Below the pieces are notes generated by a model. It did not search any database. It was not told where the DNA came from and saw only the letters and a list, made by a program, of their open reading frames with translations. The position numbers and the translations under genes are program-made. A stretch of 20,582 nt of DNA from Ginkgo biloba. Its lineage: Eukaryota; Plantae; Ginkgophyta. The stretch is taken from assembly GCA_024626585.2 (NCBI GenBank), contig JANKJI020000002.1, forward strand, positions 76,099,494 through 76,120,075, given 5' to 3'. This document shows positions 1 through 11,329 of this stretch, piece by piece (position 1 is the first letter of the stretch; the number at the start of each line of letters is the position of its first letter).

Positions 1-1760
1 TGTTAAAACCAAATTGTTATGGCATTAAATATTAGGACTGGTTAATCACAAGAGTGAAAAAAAGGCTTAAACCTTGGTACAATAGGTGGATTTCAAGGGG
101 AGGTAGATTGGTATTGATTAAATCTATCATTAAAGCAATGTCAATCTACCGGATGTTACTAGCCTACATCCCAAAGTTTATTCTCAAGAAAATTAGGAAG
201 ATGAGTCTCAGATTTTTATGGTCAGGGGACAAAGAGAAAAGGGGAATAGACTTAGGTAAGTGGAAAAGAATTACTTTACCTAAAGTTTGGGGGGGTTGGG
301 GATTGAAATACATACATCTCTTTTCTAGGGCTCTAGTAGTAAAGTTTGTATGGAGGCTTATCTCAGTTAATGGCTTGTGGAGTCAAGTGATTATTTAAAA
401 GTACATTGAATTAGACAGTGTTGAGGAGTGGATTAGTAGACCAGAGAAATATTTCCATAATGCATCCATTATTTGGAAAGTTGTGTTTTTTTCTTTTCTA
501 GTGGTGGGTAGATGGTTAGTGTGGAAAGTTGGGAGAGGTAATAGGGTAAGATTGGGAGAGGATCCCTGGGTAGGTTTTTTAGGTTATTTTAGACTTTCGG
601 AAGGATTCCTTCATTGTCTTCGAGAGAGAGATTTGTTTAATCTTAACCAGGCAAAGAATTTAATATTATCCATAATTTGGAGGCAGGAATGAAAGTAAAA
701 TGATTTGATAGGTCTTATGGATGAGGAAAAAGAGGAGTGGGAAGCTTTTGTTACCTATCTTTTTTCTAGTCATGTTAGATTAAAGGATACAAGGGATGAA
801 TTAATTTGGTCAAAAAATACTTCTTTGGATTTTTATACTCCAAAAGTTGGTTATAAGACTTTATGTGAGAATGTTGGAGAGGTTTTAATTATCTAGTGGT
901 GGAAATCTATTTGTAAATTCAAACTCCCCTTGAAGTCTCGCATCTTTATGTGGTTAGGTCTAAATAATAAGGTCCTTACATGGGAATTTTTATAGAAAAG
1001 GGATAAACAAGGACTAGGTAGATGTCCTTTATATAAAGAGAATGAGAAATCTATACATCATCTATTGTTGACTTGTAATTTTTCTATATTAGTTTGGATC
1101 AAATTTTGGAACATTACAAGGCTTATGGAAGTTTGGGGAGTCTCCACTCTTGAGGATATTTTAAGGAAGTGGTGTGGGAACAGGTATGTAAAGCATGCAT
1201 TGACACTTCCTCTCATTATNNNNNNNNNNNNNNNNNNNNNNNNNNNNNNNNNNNNNNAAATACAAGTTTGTTTGATGGCAAACTGGTTTCAACCTTGCAA
1301 TGTGCCACCCAAGGGATTTGTAACTTAAATAACTTCAAATAGGCATTAGTTGTGAAGGCTCTAAGGCCTATGATATTTGAAGAGATGGACAAAACATGAG
1401 CTTGGGCATATTTTGATGGTGCATCATAGGACAACTCACAAGTTAGCGGTGTAGGTGGTGTTCTCTACCTAAATGATTCATATATTATTAGGTTTAGAGC
1501 AGGTTTGGGATGGGGGTCAAGTAAATTTTCAGAGTTGATGGCCCTTAAACTTTCCCTAGTGTTGGCTATGGAGAAGTAAGATACAAAATTATAACTTTTT
1601 GGTGATTCACTAGTGGTGATTAATTGGTTGCAGGGACGTTGGACATTGGCAAATTTCACTTTATGACCCATATATGAGGAGATCCTTATCATAAAATCAC
1701 TAATTAATGATGTATCTTTTCAACATATTTATAGGAAGAGGAACACTGAAGCAAACAGTA
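1..1760 (+). mobile_element. Degenerate L1-clade LINE retrotransposon, 3' part of ORF2 (post-RT region, zf-RVT, RNase H)
   Basis: Translates with stops/frameshifts as WYNRWISRGGRLVLIKSII...FLWSG...PKVWGGWGLK...VGRGNRVRLGEDPW; zf-RVT-like WWKSICKFKLPLKSRIFMWLGLNNKVLTW...RCPLYKENEKSIHHLLLTC (~895-1075); RNase H-like WAYFDGAS...SELMAL...FGDSLVVINWL...FQHIYRKRNTEAN (~1403-1756). These are standard plant LINE ORF2 motifs. Confidence 0.92.
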
Positions 1761-2283
1761 AACTCGGCCAAAAGTGTCCCGAACTTATTACATAGATGTG
1801 AATCTCCAAAAACCTCAATAACAGATGACATGTAGAAGATCTATAGATTGCTTACAAAATGGAATGTACAACGTCCAGATATATTTATCTTGAAAGAAAT
1901 ATTATAGATATGTAGAATAGTTGACTCAACAAACAAGAGATCTTGAACAAAATGGAAAGTTCACCTACAGAAGACAACAATCTCAATTAAACTAAACCAA
2001 CCAACCAAAATTCCATGGAAATGAACCAGCACAATCTAGTATAAACTGTCATTGCCGCTAATGCAGTAAACTTGTAGCACAACTACATTTCCTTCTACTA
2101 AACAGCCTTGACAACATCATCAAAAGAAAGGGAGTAAAAGCCCAACTATATAACTTTTATACCATATTTCTAAAATAACCCCCCTGATCTCTTTATATTT
2201 ATAATGCACTTCAACATATACTTGTAACAATACTACGGCCCAACCTGAAAACCATCATACACAGACCATGTATTACATGCCAC

Positions 2284-2364
2284 CTCTTCCAAAATTGCCT
2301 TTACATAATGAATTCCAGGAGAACAGCCTTTGCAGCTTTGTGTTGAACTGAGTTATACAGGCAC
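2284..2364 (-). other. Possible small exon (81 nt), VPV*LSSTQSCKGCSPGIHYVKAILEE in phase 0
   Basis: Minus strand reads ggcttctag|GTGCCT...GAAGAG|gtggca; length is divisible by 3. Product not recognised and linkage to the upstream pseudogene is not established. Confidence 0.25.
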
Positions 2365-2745
2365 CTAGAAGCCATTTACACATTTGACACGGTTTATGCA
2401 GAATGCTAACATAAGATGCACGTCGCTTGATTTCTTAATTTGTCTGTGAAATATGATCTAGTAAACGGTAACTGATGATGTTTCAATGTATAGAAACTAA
2501 GTAAAACTGAACATTATTTGCTTGAATGACAATGCAGAAAGACCTATGTCAACAACAGTACACATCAGGCATGTACAATTTCGTCATAGGTAGTGAACAA
2601 TGAAAAGCAACTCCTTTACACAATAATTGTAGGGAAGTAGAAGAAAAGGAAATAATGCTTCTACTTCCTAGCCTGATTTATAATCCAGAGAGAACAAATA
2701 TCTATGAAAAAACAGAATTTGATAAACAAGGGAATTTATCTTCAC

Positions 2746-2784
2746 TTTCAGAACCAGCTTCATACAAGCATTAGCATTCGAAAT
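2746..2784 (-). other. Possible micro-exon (39 nt), ISNANACMKLVLK
   Basis: Minus strand reads tttccgtctctcgtcacggttgtcag|ATTTCG...CTGAAA|gtgaag; only phase 0 is open. Product unknown. Confidence 0.25.
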
Positions 2785-3586
2785 CTGACAACCGTGACGA
2801 GAGACGGAAATTTAAGGTTATTGTTAAAATAGTGTCTAGGAAATGGTCATCCAGATCGCATACAAGCAGTGTTAAAAAAAGATACAACACAATGAAGACA
2901 AATCTTTCAAAGGAAAAAGTAAGCATCACAAAGCTAGACAAAACAGCTCAGAGGCCAAACAAACATAGAAGACCATACATCTTGGTTCTCATGTTATGTT
3001 TTTGAAGCTATAGTTTTTCACAGGCTAAATAATGGATGTCAGAGGCACAAATAAGTTGCAATAAAGGGTTTTGCTTGTCTGAAATTACTCATAAGAAATG
3101 TTCACCTACAGGAAGCCTGGGAATCCAGTCTAATCCTCCTAAGGCTAAAGAAACACCCCCAACCGACCTAGAGGTAGCCTAATGTTAGGCNNNNNNNNNN
3201 NNNNNNNNNNNNNNNNNNNNNNNNNNNNNNNNNNNNNNNNNNNNNNNNNNNNNNNNNNNNNNNNNNNNNNNNNNNNNNNNNNNNNNNNNNNNNNNNNNNN
3301 NNNNNNNNNNNNNNNNNNNNNNNNNNNNNNNNNNNNNNNNNNNNNNNNNNNNNNNNNNNNNNNNNNNNNNNNNNNNNNNNNNNNNNNNNNNNNNNNNNNN
3401 NNNNNNNNNNNNNNNNNNNNNNNGGCTAGAGACCTAGCTTTCCACAACCACCCATCCATTCAAGAGGTAATATGAGAATTTGTGTAGATTAGCAGATGGA
3501 TCATAATCTTATTCATTTTACTGCTTGTGTGCAAGCACAGATAGATGGTCTGCCTGCATTATGTACTCTCTTAATAAAGAGCAATA

Positions 3587-3763
3587 TTACAAAAAGCTGA
3601 GTTCCTTTCCAATGTCACCAGCAATCCAAGTAAAAATGGAGCAAACTATATAATGACAGCTAGAATTGTCCACAATAATCTCAAGAAATGTATAAAATGA
3701 GCTGCCTCTCATAGATTGCAATGCATATCTATCCTCAGTCCTCAGATGGAACCTCTCGCACAA
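3587..3763 (-). pseudogene. Exon (possibly terminal) encoding the second half of a ubiquitin-like domain: LCERFHLRTEDRYALQSMRGSSFYTFLEIIVDNSSCHYIVCSIFTWIAGDIGKELSFL*
   Basis: Good acceptor gtttcattgctttgcag| before 3763; open in phase 0 to TAA at 3587-3589 (within ORF 3587..3829). TFLEIIVDNSSCHYIV resembles ubiquitin TLSDYNIQKESTLHLV. Confidence 0.55.
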
Positions 3764-4020
3764 CTGCAAAGCAATGAAACAAGGTACAGTGATGAGATTC
3801 TGTAAGGATACCATACATTTTGAGATCAAACAGCCTTATACATACATAAAGAAGAAAAAGAAAAAAGATATCGATTGATATTTACCACTATGTGAAATAA
3901 TGATTGTTGGTAGCTTTCTTGCTGCCTTCAAAAAGGCATGCTAGTTGAATATGCAACTTAATAACAGAGGGTGAGGAAAACACTGCAACCTTATGATGTC
4001 CACATATACACACTGTGGAT

Positions 4021-4153
4021 TAATTGTAACTGCATGTATTAGTATGTTAGTTTAGTTGAGCCCAACAGGACTTGAATAGACTATGAGTGTAGGTTAATCG
4101 TAACTGCATGTATTGGCATATCAGCTTATTTGGGCACATCTGGGCTCGAATAG
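4021..4153 (+). repeat. Diverged two-copy tandem repeat, period about 75 bp
   Basis: taattgtaactgcatgtattagtatgttag...gaataga (from 4021) versus taatcgtaactgcatgtattggcatatcag...gaataga (from ~4095). Confidence 0.7.
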
Positions 4154-4261
4154 ATGAGGAGCCTGACACTAGTTAGGGCTTGGGCAGGTTTTGACTAGTA
4201 TAAGATTTGGTTTTGTTAAGCCAGAAGCCCAGTTAGGTCTCACAGAATTAATCCAAGCTTG

Positions 4262-4880
4262 GCTTAAGATTGGGATACTATCAGATTCCCATTAGAATGG
4301 AAGACAGATAGAAAACTACATTTTGAACTCACTAAGGTCACTACAAATTTAGGGTAATGTTAATTGCTTTGTGCAATACCCCACCAAAATTTTAGGCTCT
4401 AATGAATAAGGTATTTAGTATGTTATTAAGAAAGTTTGTATTGGTGGTCTTTGATGACATTCTGGTGTATAGCAAAAATTGGAAGGAACACCTAAAGCAT
4501 CACGATGAAGTGTTGGATGTTTCAGAGCAACAAAATTGATATGCCGAGTCCAAATGCGCATTTGGAAAACAATTGTTGGAATACCTCGTTCATATAATCA
4601 CAAGCCAAGGATTTCGAGTCAACCCAAGCAAAATCGAGGCAATAAAAAATTGGCCAAAACCAAAAACAGTTAAGAAACTACTAGGATTCCATGGGCTAAC
4701 AACATTTCATAGAAGGTTTGTAAGGAACTATGCAACGATTGCATCACCACTTATGGACTTGACGAAGAAAAATGCATTCACATGGAACAATAAGGCTAAA
4801 GAGGCACTCGAAGAGTTGAAGAATGTGTTAACCACAACCCAAGTACTAACAAACCCAAAATTCTCAAAAATCCACACTAA
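4262..4880 (+). mobile_element. Ty3/Gypsy pol fragment (reverse transcriptase and connection region), degenerate
   Basis: LRLGYYQIPIRMEDR*KTTF*TH*GHYKFRVM...RKFVLVVFDDILVYSKNWKEHLKH...SKCAFGKQLLEYLVHII...WPKPKTVKKLLGFHGLTTFHRRFVRNYATIASPLMDLTKKNAFTW; the catalytic [Y/F]xDD motif appears as VFDD. Confidence 0.93.
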
Positions 4881-5869
4881 CAAAAATTTTAGTACTACTT
4901 TATGATTGAACCAATCAATTTTCCAAGTAGCATTCAATCTATTGTGTACTTATTCAAAAAGCTCAACTTTTAGGGTAGAGTGTAGCACAAATTAGAACCA
5001 TAAAAAATCAATCTAGCCTATATATTTGGTAGTTGAAGTGGGCTCATGAACTTTGTGAAAAATAATGACAAGACTAAACAAGAGCCATGTAGTGGCAAAT
5101 ATCTACATTATAGTTTATAGACTTTAAATAAATATATGCATTACTAGTAATTAAAATTAATAAACTTAAATAAATTTAGAAAATGTATAATTTGTGCCAT
5201 AATTGTACAATTTGAATACGAGTAGTACACATAAAATGTCTCTTTTTATATGTACAAATAGTATTTATAATACAACTAGTGCATGGGGAATGTTTTTATG
5301 TATATGTACAAATATTATTTCTACTATACACAATACCTAGCAACAAAGATCTTAAAATTCTCATATACACAATGCTTATATCATATAGACATANNNNNNN
5401 NNNNNNNNNNNNNNNNNNNNNNNNNNNNNNNNNNNNNNNNNNNNNNNNNNNNNNNNNNNNNNNNNNNNNNNNNNNNNNNNNNNNNNNNNNNNNNNNNNNN
5501 NNNNNNNNNNNNNNNNNNNNNNNNNNNNNNNNNNNNNNNNNNNNNNNNNNNNNNNNNNNNNNNNNNNNNNNNNNNNNNNNNNNNNNNNNNNNNNNNNNNN
5601 NNNNNNNNNNNNNNNNNNNNNNNNNNNNNNNNNNNNNNNNNNNNNNNNNNNNNNNNNNNNNNNNNNNNNNNNNNNNNNNNNNNNNNNNNNNNNNNNNNNN
5701 NNNNNNNNNNNNNNNNNNNNNNNNNNNNNNNNNNNNNNNNNNNNNNNNNNNNNNNNNNNNNNNNNNNNNNNNNNNNNNNNNNNNNNNNNNNNNNNNNNNN
5801 NNNNNNNNNNNNNNNNNNNNNNNNNNNNNNNNNNNNNNNNNNNNNNNNNNNNNNNNNNNNNNNNNNNNN

Positions 5870-6087
5870 CAAGAATATGTACGACCATCTATTGATGACA
5901 AGGTTACGAAGATTTGTGGGTATGGGTGTGGTGATTTTTTTTTTAATCCCATAATTTTCAAATCTATAACAATGGTTCTGACCCCAAACAAAACCCCAAG
6001 AACCCAAACTAGGTTCGCATACCTGATTTGGGAACCCGGTCCGAGTACCCACGTAGATGGGTGTGAGAACCCCATTACTATGGTTCT
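5870..6087. mobile_element. Possible non-autonomous DNA transposon (hAT-like MITE) end
   Basis: Clustered GGGT/ACCC motifs (gggtatgggtgtgg, acccaaac, gaacccggtccgagtaccc, gggtgtgagaacccc) like hAT subterminal repeats. The other end is hidden by the N gap; no TIR or TSD confirmed. Confidence 0.25.
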
Positions 6088-6984
6088 AATGGACTCTTAC
6101 AGAGCTTCCGTCAAATAGTTAGCATGTCATTATGACATTTATCAAACATTAACATGAATTGCACAAGATAGATATGTATGGGAAAAACACAAATTTTAAA
6201 AAAAATGTCATAATCAATCTTTGGCTATATAACACCGAATTACAATAACATAAAAATGGTGAATATTTGGAGGATAGCACTCCCCCAAACTCGGCTTTTG
6301 TGAGGCTGAAGCTTCTCACAGTACTCATGTCCAATCTACCAACAATTTATCAAAGATGTAATCTAAGCACCCAGAACCAAAGATGTCTGTGATTTGTAGA
6401 AACCGTGTATTTATACGTGGTTGGACAAATCTAAGTTAGTTCTATACAATTTCTAGGCAGTCTCTGCACAATTGGACAGTTCCCATCTGTCAAACAACTT
6501 TTAGACAGTTGGACAATTCCAATTGTCCAGGTTGAATGCATATCCTAATTAGTCATCCCCCCTTAAGGAGGCAATGGTCCCCATTGGCTTTAATTCCAAA
6601 TACTTTGTTTTCATCTGTTCTTTGGTGTACAACTTGGCCAGCTTTGGCAATTGTCCTGCAAGTACAATCTGGTACATTGGCGATTCTTGATGCCAAGACT
6701 TCTTCACTTCACTCAGAATTGTTGGACATTGCATGTGCACTACGCATTCCAGATCCAGATCTTTGGGTTCTCTTGATGTCGAGATTTAATCTAACAATGG
6801 AGAATAGTAAGGCTTGAGAAGCTCAACATTGAACACTAGATGAAGTCAACGATACGCCGGGATATTCAACTGAAAAGTATTTTCTCCTACTACATCCATT
6901 ATGGTGTAGGGGCCATAATGGATGGGAAGCAATTTCTTATTTGGACATTTGAATGCCCCTTGTTGAGTTGGGGCCAAACTTTAT
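6088..6984 (-). repeat. Second, diverged copy of the 8248-~9140 segment (exon fragment, LTR ~6133-6555, PPT, integrase 3' end)
   Basis: Colinear matches such as aatggactcttacaga (6088/8249), tttgtgaggctgaa, ggacagttccca, ggcttgagaagctcaa and gggccataatggatgggaagca; ends at an N gap. Confidence 0.88.
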
Positions 6985-7289
6985 NNNNNNNNNNNNNNNN
7001 NNNNNNNNNNNNNNNNNNNNNNNNNNNNNNNNNNNNNNNNNNNNNNNNNNNNNNNNNNNNNNNNNNNNNNNNNNNNNNNNNNNNAATTTTATAATTTATG
7101 CTTCCCTAAGTTGTTTCTCTATGTGAACAAAAAATTGACTTATTTCAAATTGTAATCCCTATTTTTACATTATGTAATATATTAATATAAAATACCTCTT
7201 TGTCCCTTTGTATATAATTGTGTACAAATTTTAAAATATTTAATTAAAAAAAACCCTTATATAACTCATATGGTTTGTACAAAAGTCTT

Positions 7290-7745
7290 TAGTGAACCCT
7301 CAGGTAGTAATGATCATCCTTAGAATGATGGGAAGATAGAGTGGGTTAATTATATCATGGAGGACATATTGAGGTCTTAAGGTTTTAGTATACAAACTAT
7401 TTGGGAGGAGAGTCTTCTTTTTGTGGAGTTTGCATACAATAATATAAAGCATTCAACTATAGGTATGGCATTTTTTAGGGATATTTCTGGTTATGGGCCC
7501 TCAATTCCTTTGTATATTGATTTGAATAATTTTAAGGAAATACCCAAGTGTTCCTTGATATGATTAAGTAGATATAGGAATAATTAAGTGAGTGCCGAAG
7601 GAATGTTGAAAGAGAACAAGCATGCACTAATTTACATGCAAATTATCATATATCACCAAGGAGTTTTAAGGTGGGATATATGGTGTATATTTGGTAAATA
7701 CCTTATAAATTGCATATTTTGGCCCATGGCAAGATGAATTTTTAA
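7290..7745 (+). mobile_element. Ty3/Gypsy integrase fragment, degenerate
   Basis: DHP*NDGKIEWVNYIMEDILRS...IWEESLLFVEFAYNNIKHSTIGM...PRSFKVGYMVY matches the Gypsy integrase consensus YHPQTDGQTERVN..LEDMLR...W...L...EFAYNN..HS...F.VGD.V. Confidence 0.85.
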
Positions 7746-7982
7746 TGCATTCTGGTACTCAACCAGTAGTTTTGCTATTAATCACCCATTCCCTAAGAAT
7801 TATCAATTTCACTATATGCTAGCACTTCAGAAATGAAAAATATTGGAATGCAACAAGAGAGTATTAGAGCCAGATGTTTTGAAGGTGGAGTATAAATTGG
7901 AAAATAAAGTTACCATCACATGATGTATGGTTATTATCGTCTCCCCCTTTATATAGGAAAATAAAAAGAGCATCTCATCTAC

Positions 7983-8294
7983 TTGGAAAAAATGGTCTTT
8001 GCATAGCTACATGGTTGTAGTTGTGTGCCAGAAGGACAAAATTCCCAAAGTAAGGGTGCGCAGCTGCAGATTAATTTCTTTAAAAAGTTAGATGACATTC
8101 AAATGCAGGCGTGGAAGATGGGGAACAGCACAATCTGTGCAACTATGGGTTTTGAAACTATGTGATCTCGTGGTTGAATCACTACCACGAAAGGACCAAG
8201 AAGCTTTTGAAAGCTTGTCGATAAATTCTTGCATCGGCAATGTGTTGCAATGGACTCTTACAGATCTTTCATCAAGTAGTTAGCATGCATGCTC
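7983..8294 (-). pseudogene. Exon (continued by 9536-9544 across the LTR insertion) encoding a linker and the first half of a ubiquitin-like domain
   Basis: Single frame EHAC*LLDERSVRVHCNTLPMQEFIDKLSKASWSFRG...LNVI*LFKEINLQLRTLTLGILSFWHTTTTM*LCKDHFFQ ending at donor CAA|gtatga (phase 0). Its three stops (TAA, TAA, TAG) are each one C->T change from a Gln codon. INLQLRTLT resembles ubiquitin MQIFVKTLT. Confidence 0.55.
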
Positions 8295-8298
8295 ATTA

Positions 8299-9535
8299 TG
8301 ATATTTATCAAACATTAACACGAACTACTGCAAGATAGAATATATATAAATGTTAAAATCAACCATTGGCTATACTACACAAAATTACAGTAACATAAAA
8401 AGGGTGAAGGTTTGGAGGATATCACTTCCCCCAAACTGGGCTTTGTGAGGCTGAAACTCCGCACAATAGTCATGGCCAATCTACCAATAATTTACTGAAG
8501 ATGTAATCCAAGCATCCACAGCCCAAGATTACTTTGTTTTGCAAAAACGGTGTATATATAGGTCGTTGGACAGGTCGAGGTTAGTTCTAGATAGTTTATG
8601 GGTAGTTTCTAGACAGTTGGACAGTTCCCAATTTTCAAACAGTTTTAAGACACATGGACAGTTCCAAACTATCAAAAACTGTCTAGGTTCGATGCATATG
8701 AATATCTAGGTCAATTGTTTCCCCCATAAGGAGGTAATGTTATCCATTAGCTTTAATTCCAGAAACTTCACTTTCATTTGTTCTTTGGTGTACCACTTGG
8801 CCACATTTAGTAGCTGCAATTTGGTACATTGGCAACTGTTGGTGCCGAGTCTTCGTAACTTGGTTCATTAGAATCTTTGGACATTGCATGTGCGCTATGC
8901 ATTCTAGAGCGAGATCTTTAGGTTCTATTGATGTCAAGCTCCGTGCTAACAATGGAGGATAGTAGGGCTTGAGAAGCTCAATGTTGAATACTGGTTGAAG
9001 CCCAAGATACACCGAGATATTCAACTCAGAATTGTTTTCCCCACTACTTTCGCTATGGTGGAGGGGCCATAATGGATGGGAAGCAGTTTCATATTTGGAC
9101 CTTTGATACACTTCTTGTTGAGTTGGAGCCAAACCTTGTCACCTACTTGAAAGTGATGTTGCATTCAATATTGACCGTGCAACTTACACTGTTGTGACGC
9201 CTTTTGCAATATGTCATAAACTTGTCAATGGATGTCTTGAATTCACTTGAGAACTTCTTCGGCCTTCTCTTGTTCCTGTTATTGTGTCTTTGTTGCTACA
9301 TTGTTTGGTACAGTGTGAGCAACATCTATAGGTGCATGGGGTTGAAACCCTAAGCTAGCCTCGAACAGGCTGCATCTAATCAAACCATGAATTGCTCAAT
9401 TGTATGTATGTTGGATGTCAATTGTCATAACTGTTGTACACTAAATATGGCTGTATCCAAACGTTTTTTAGAAGGTTGGACAGTTCCAAACTGTCAAAAA
9501 CTGTCCAGGTTAGATGCATATAAATCTCTAGATCA
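8299..9535 (-). mobile_element. Internally deleted Ty3/Gypsy LTR retrotransposon: 5'-LTR stub (~9475-9535), integrase C-terminus (~8740-9470), PPT-like tract (~8716-8735), full 3' LTR (~8299-8713)
   Basis: 9475-9537 repeats 8656-8716. Minus-strand termini are TGA...TCA, flanked by ATTA at 8295-8298 and 9536-9539. Integrase residues HHFQVGDKVWLQLNKK...KLLPIHYGP...LGLQPVFNIELLKPYYPPLL. Confidence 0.85.
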
Positions 9536-10019
9536 ATTAATGACCTGCTAGACCACGTAAACTATTTATTAATTTTCGGAATAATAAAATAGTGTAATTA
9601 CAATAATGGCAAGGAAATGGTGTACGTAGGTAATGGGAAAATGGCAGCAAGACAGGTTTGTAATAGTTATAGGCTGTTGAATTTAGTGTGACGTTGGTCC
9701 AAGATTGGAGGCATATGAAAATGTTATAAACACTGAAAAGCGATCCATTTGTAATCATCCTCAATTTTGATATTGAGTATTCTAAAACAGAGATTTCTCT
9801 CTTTAAATCTTCCTTGTGCTGAAATAATCTTTCTAGGTAATGTTTCTTNNNNNNNNNNNNNNNNNNNNNNNNNNNNNNNNNNNNNNNNNNNNNNNNNNNN
9901 NNNNNNNNNNNNNNNNNNNNNNNNNNNNNNNNNNNNNNNNNNNNNNNNTTACTTATATTCTTATAGGTTTGCCCACTACAAGATTTAAGTGACAACACTT
10001 GATTCGTACCAAGGCTAAC

Positions 10020-10920
10020 CATGTTCACAGTTTTGGTCTTGCTCTTACGGTTCTTGGTATAGTTTTCCCATTTGTGATCTCTTGGATCACATTCTTCCCA
10101 CATAGATCGTCCATTCTTTTCCAAAGGGCATGTTGCTCAAGTATACCCCCAACATAAGCATAGGTGGCATCAAATTACTTTTGTTTTTGCTTCCCATTGT
10201 TTGTATTATTCCTTCCCATTGCTTGTACCTATTGCTCTTTGACAATACATATTACGAGTTCCTCAACCTCTGTATCTACCTCGCCCCCCACGTTGTGCAA
10301 ATTGGCTATGCTAGTTCCAATAACAAGTTTCAGTGTAGTGTGGGTCCACTTCACAAATATTGCACCATTGTTCTAAAGGTATGGATTCCTCCTGGTGTTT
10401 ATTTCAGAGATGTCCTTGTTGGTTATAAGGGGATGGAAACCACACATCAGTTCAAGTACACAAGTTCCAACGGTAATTTTGCAATTTTTTATCATAAATT
10501 TTTTGGAGTTGATTTATTTTTCTTTAGTAATTTTAGGGCCACCAATTCCTACTATAGTTTTTCTACCTCTGGATCTAGAGCTAGTGCCATGTAGTTGGTT
10601 ACGTGGTATTGTGTATTATCCTCCAATTGGTTCTCAAACACATGGCTAGGTCCCTAACATGCCAATAGTTCTACATGGGGTGTAATCAAACCAAACTTTA
10701 AACACGAGGGAGAAGTCCTTGAGCAAAAATCTTTTAAAGGTATGGATGCTTCCTTTAAGATAAGCTTTAATTTATGATGGTATGGTCTGTTGGCCTTCAT
10801 GTTCATCTCATGTTTATCTACGTGGATATTTTCTGTGCTGCATTAACACCACGAAAATTTGTCCATGCTTGTAAACTATTCCACAAACTTGATTAGTTTT
10901 TCATGCCATAAAGAAACCAC
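10020..10920 (-). mobile_element. Degenerate LTR-retrotransposon gag remnant with a CCHC zinc knuckle
   Basis: Minus strand WCNICEVDPHYTETC at 10323-10367 is a canonical C-x2-C-x4-H-x4-C, followed by RG-rich QRGGRGRYRG. Boundaries are approximate. Confidence 0.6.
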
Positions 10921-11118
10921 AATTTTGAGGATGAGAAAATCATCATGCTGGACATAAGCAAGGCTGAACCTTGTTTGTAAGCAACCAATAAGGTGATATC
11001 CTATAATTTCATAAAAGCCAATGCCTACCCATGGAGAGAATCATGATCTATTGGCCTTGAGTGTTTCCAGTCTGTCCTACTTTTGTGGCTAAGTTCAAAC
11101 ATTGGAAAGCTATATTAC

Positions 11119-11329
11119 CTCTATCTAACATAAGGAACTATCACTGCATCATCTGGACAGCATATTATTTAACTATCAAGCATGTGTGGGTTGCATCAGT
11201 TTTCTGGTAATATATACGTGAATGTTGATCATTCTGATATGTTCCATATGGAGCTTCTGGTTATCTGATGGAATTGAATTCCATATGCTTTCTGTTTCAA
11301 AACTCTGACAACTTCTACATCAAGCTTGC
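11119..11329 (-). pseudogene. Linker exon of the NLR-like pseudogene (211 nt, one inferred frameshift)
   Basis: Acceptor gatatag|GCAAGCTT continues the phase-1 donor at 11821 in frame (VYMFE-G-KLDVEVVRV); after a frameshift it reads ESIWNSIPSDNQKLHMEHIRMINIHVYITRK; donor GAG|gtaata. Confidence 0.4.

Noticed and set aside
3145-7094. Long ORFs in the track such as 5279..6118, 5296..6075 and 3145..3459
   Set aside because: Artefacts of reading through N gaps.
8608-8690. Short recurring GGACAGTT/AACTGTC words that look array-like (also at 6470-6530)
   Set aside because: Internal LTR sub-repeats with irregular spacing in a eukaryotic context; not a CRISPR array.
10130-10649. Hydrophobic 154-aa plus-strand ORF resembling a membrane protein
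   Set aside because: Antisense to the purine-rich gag remnant that carries the CCHC knuckle.
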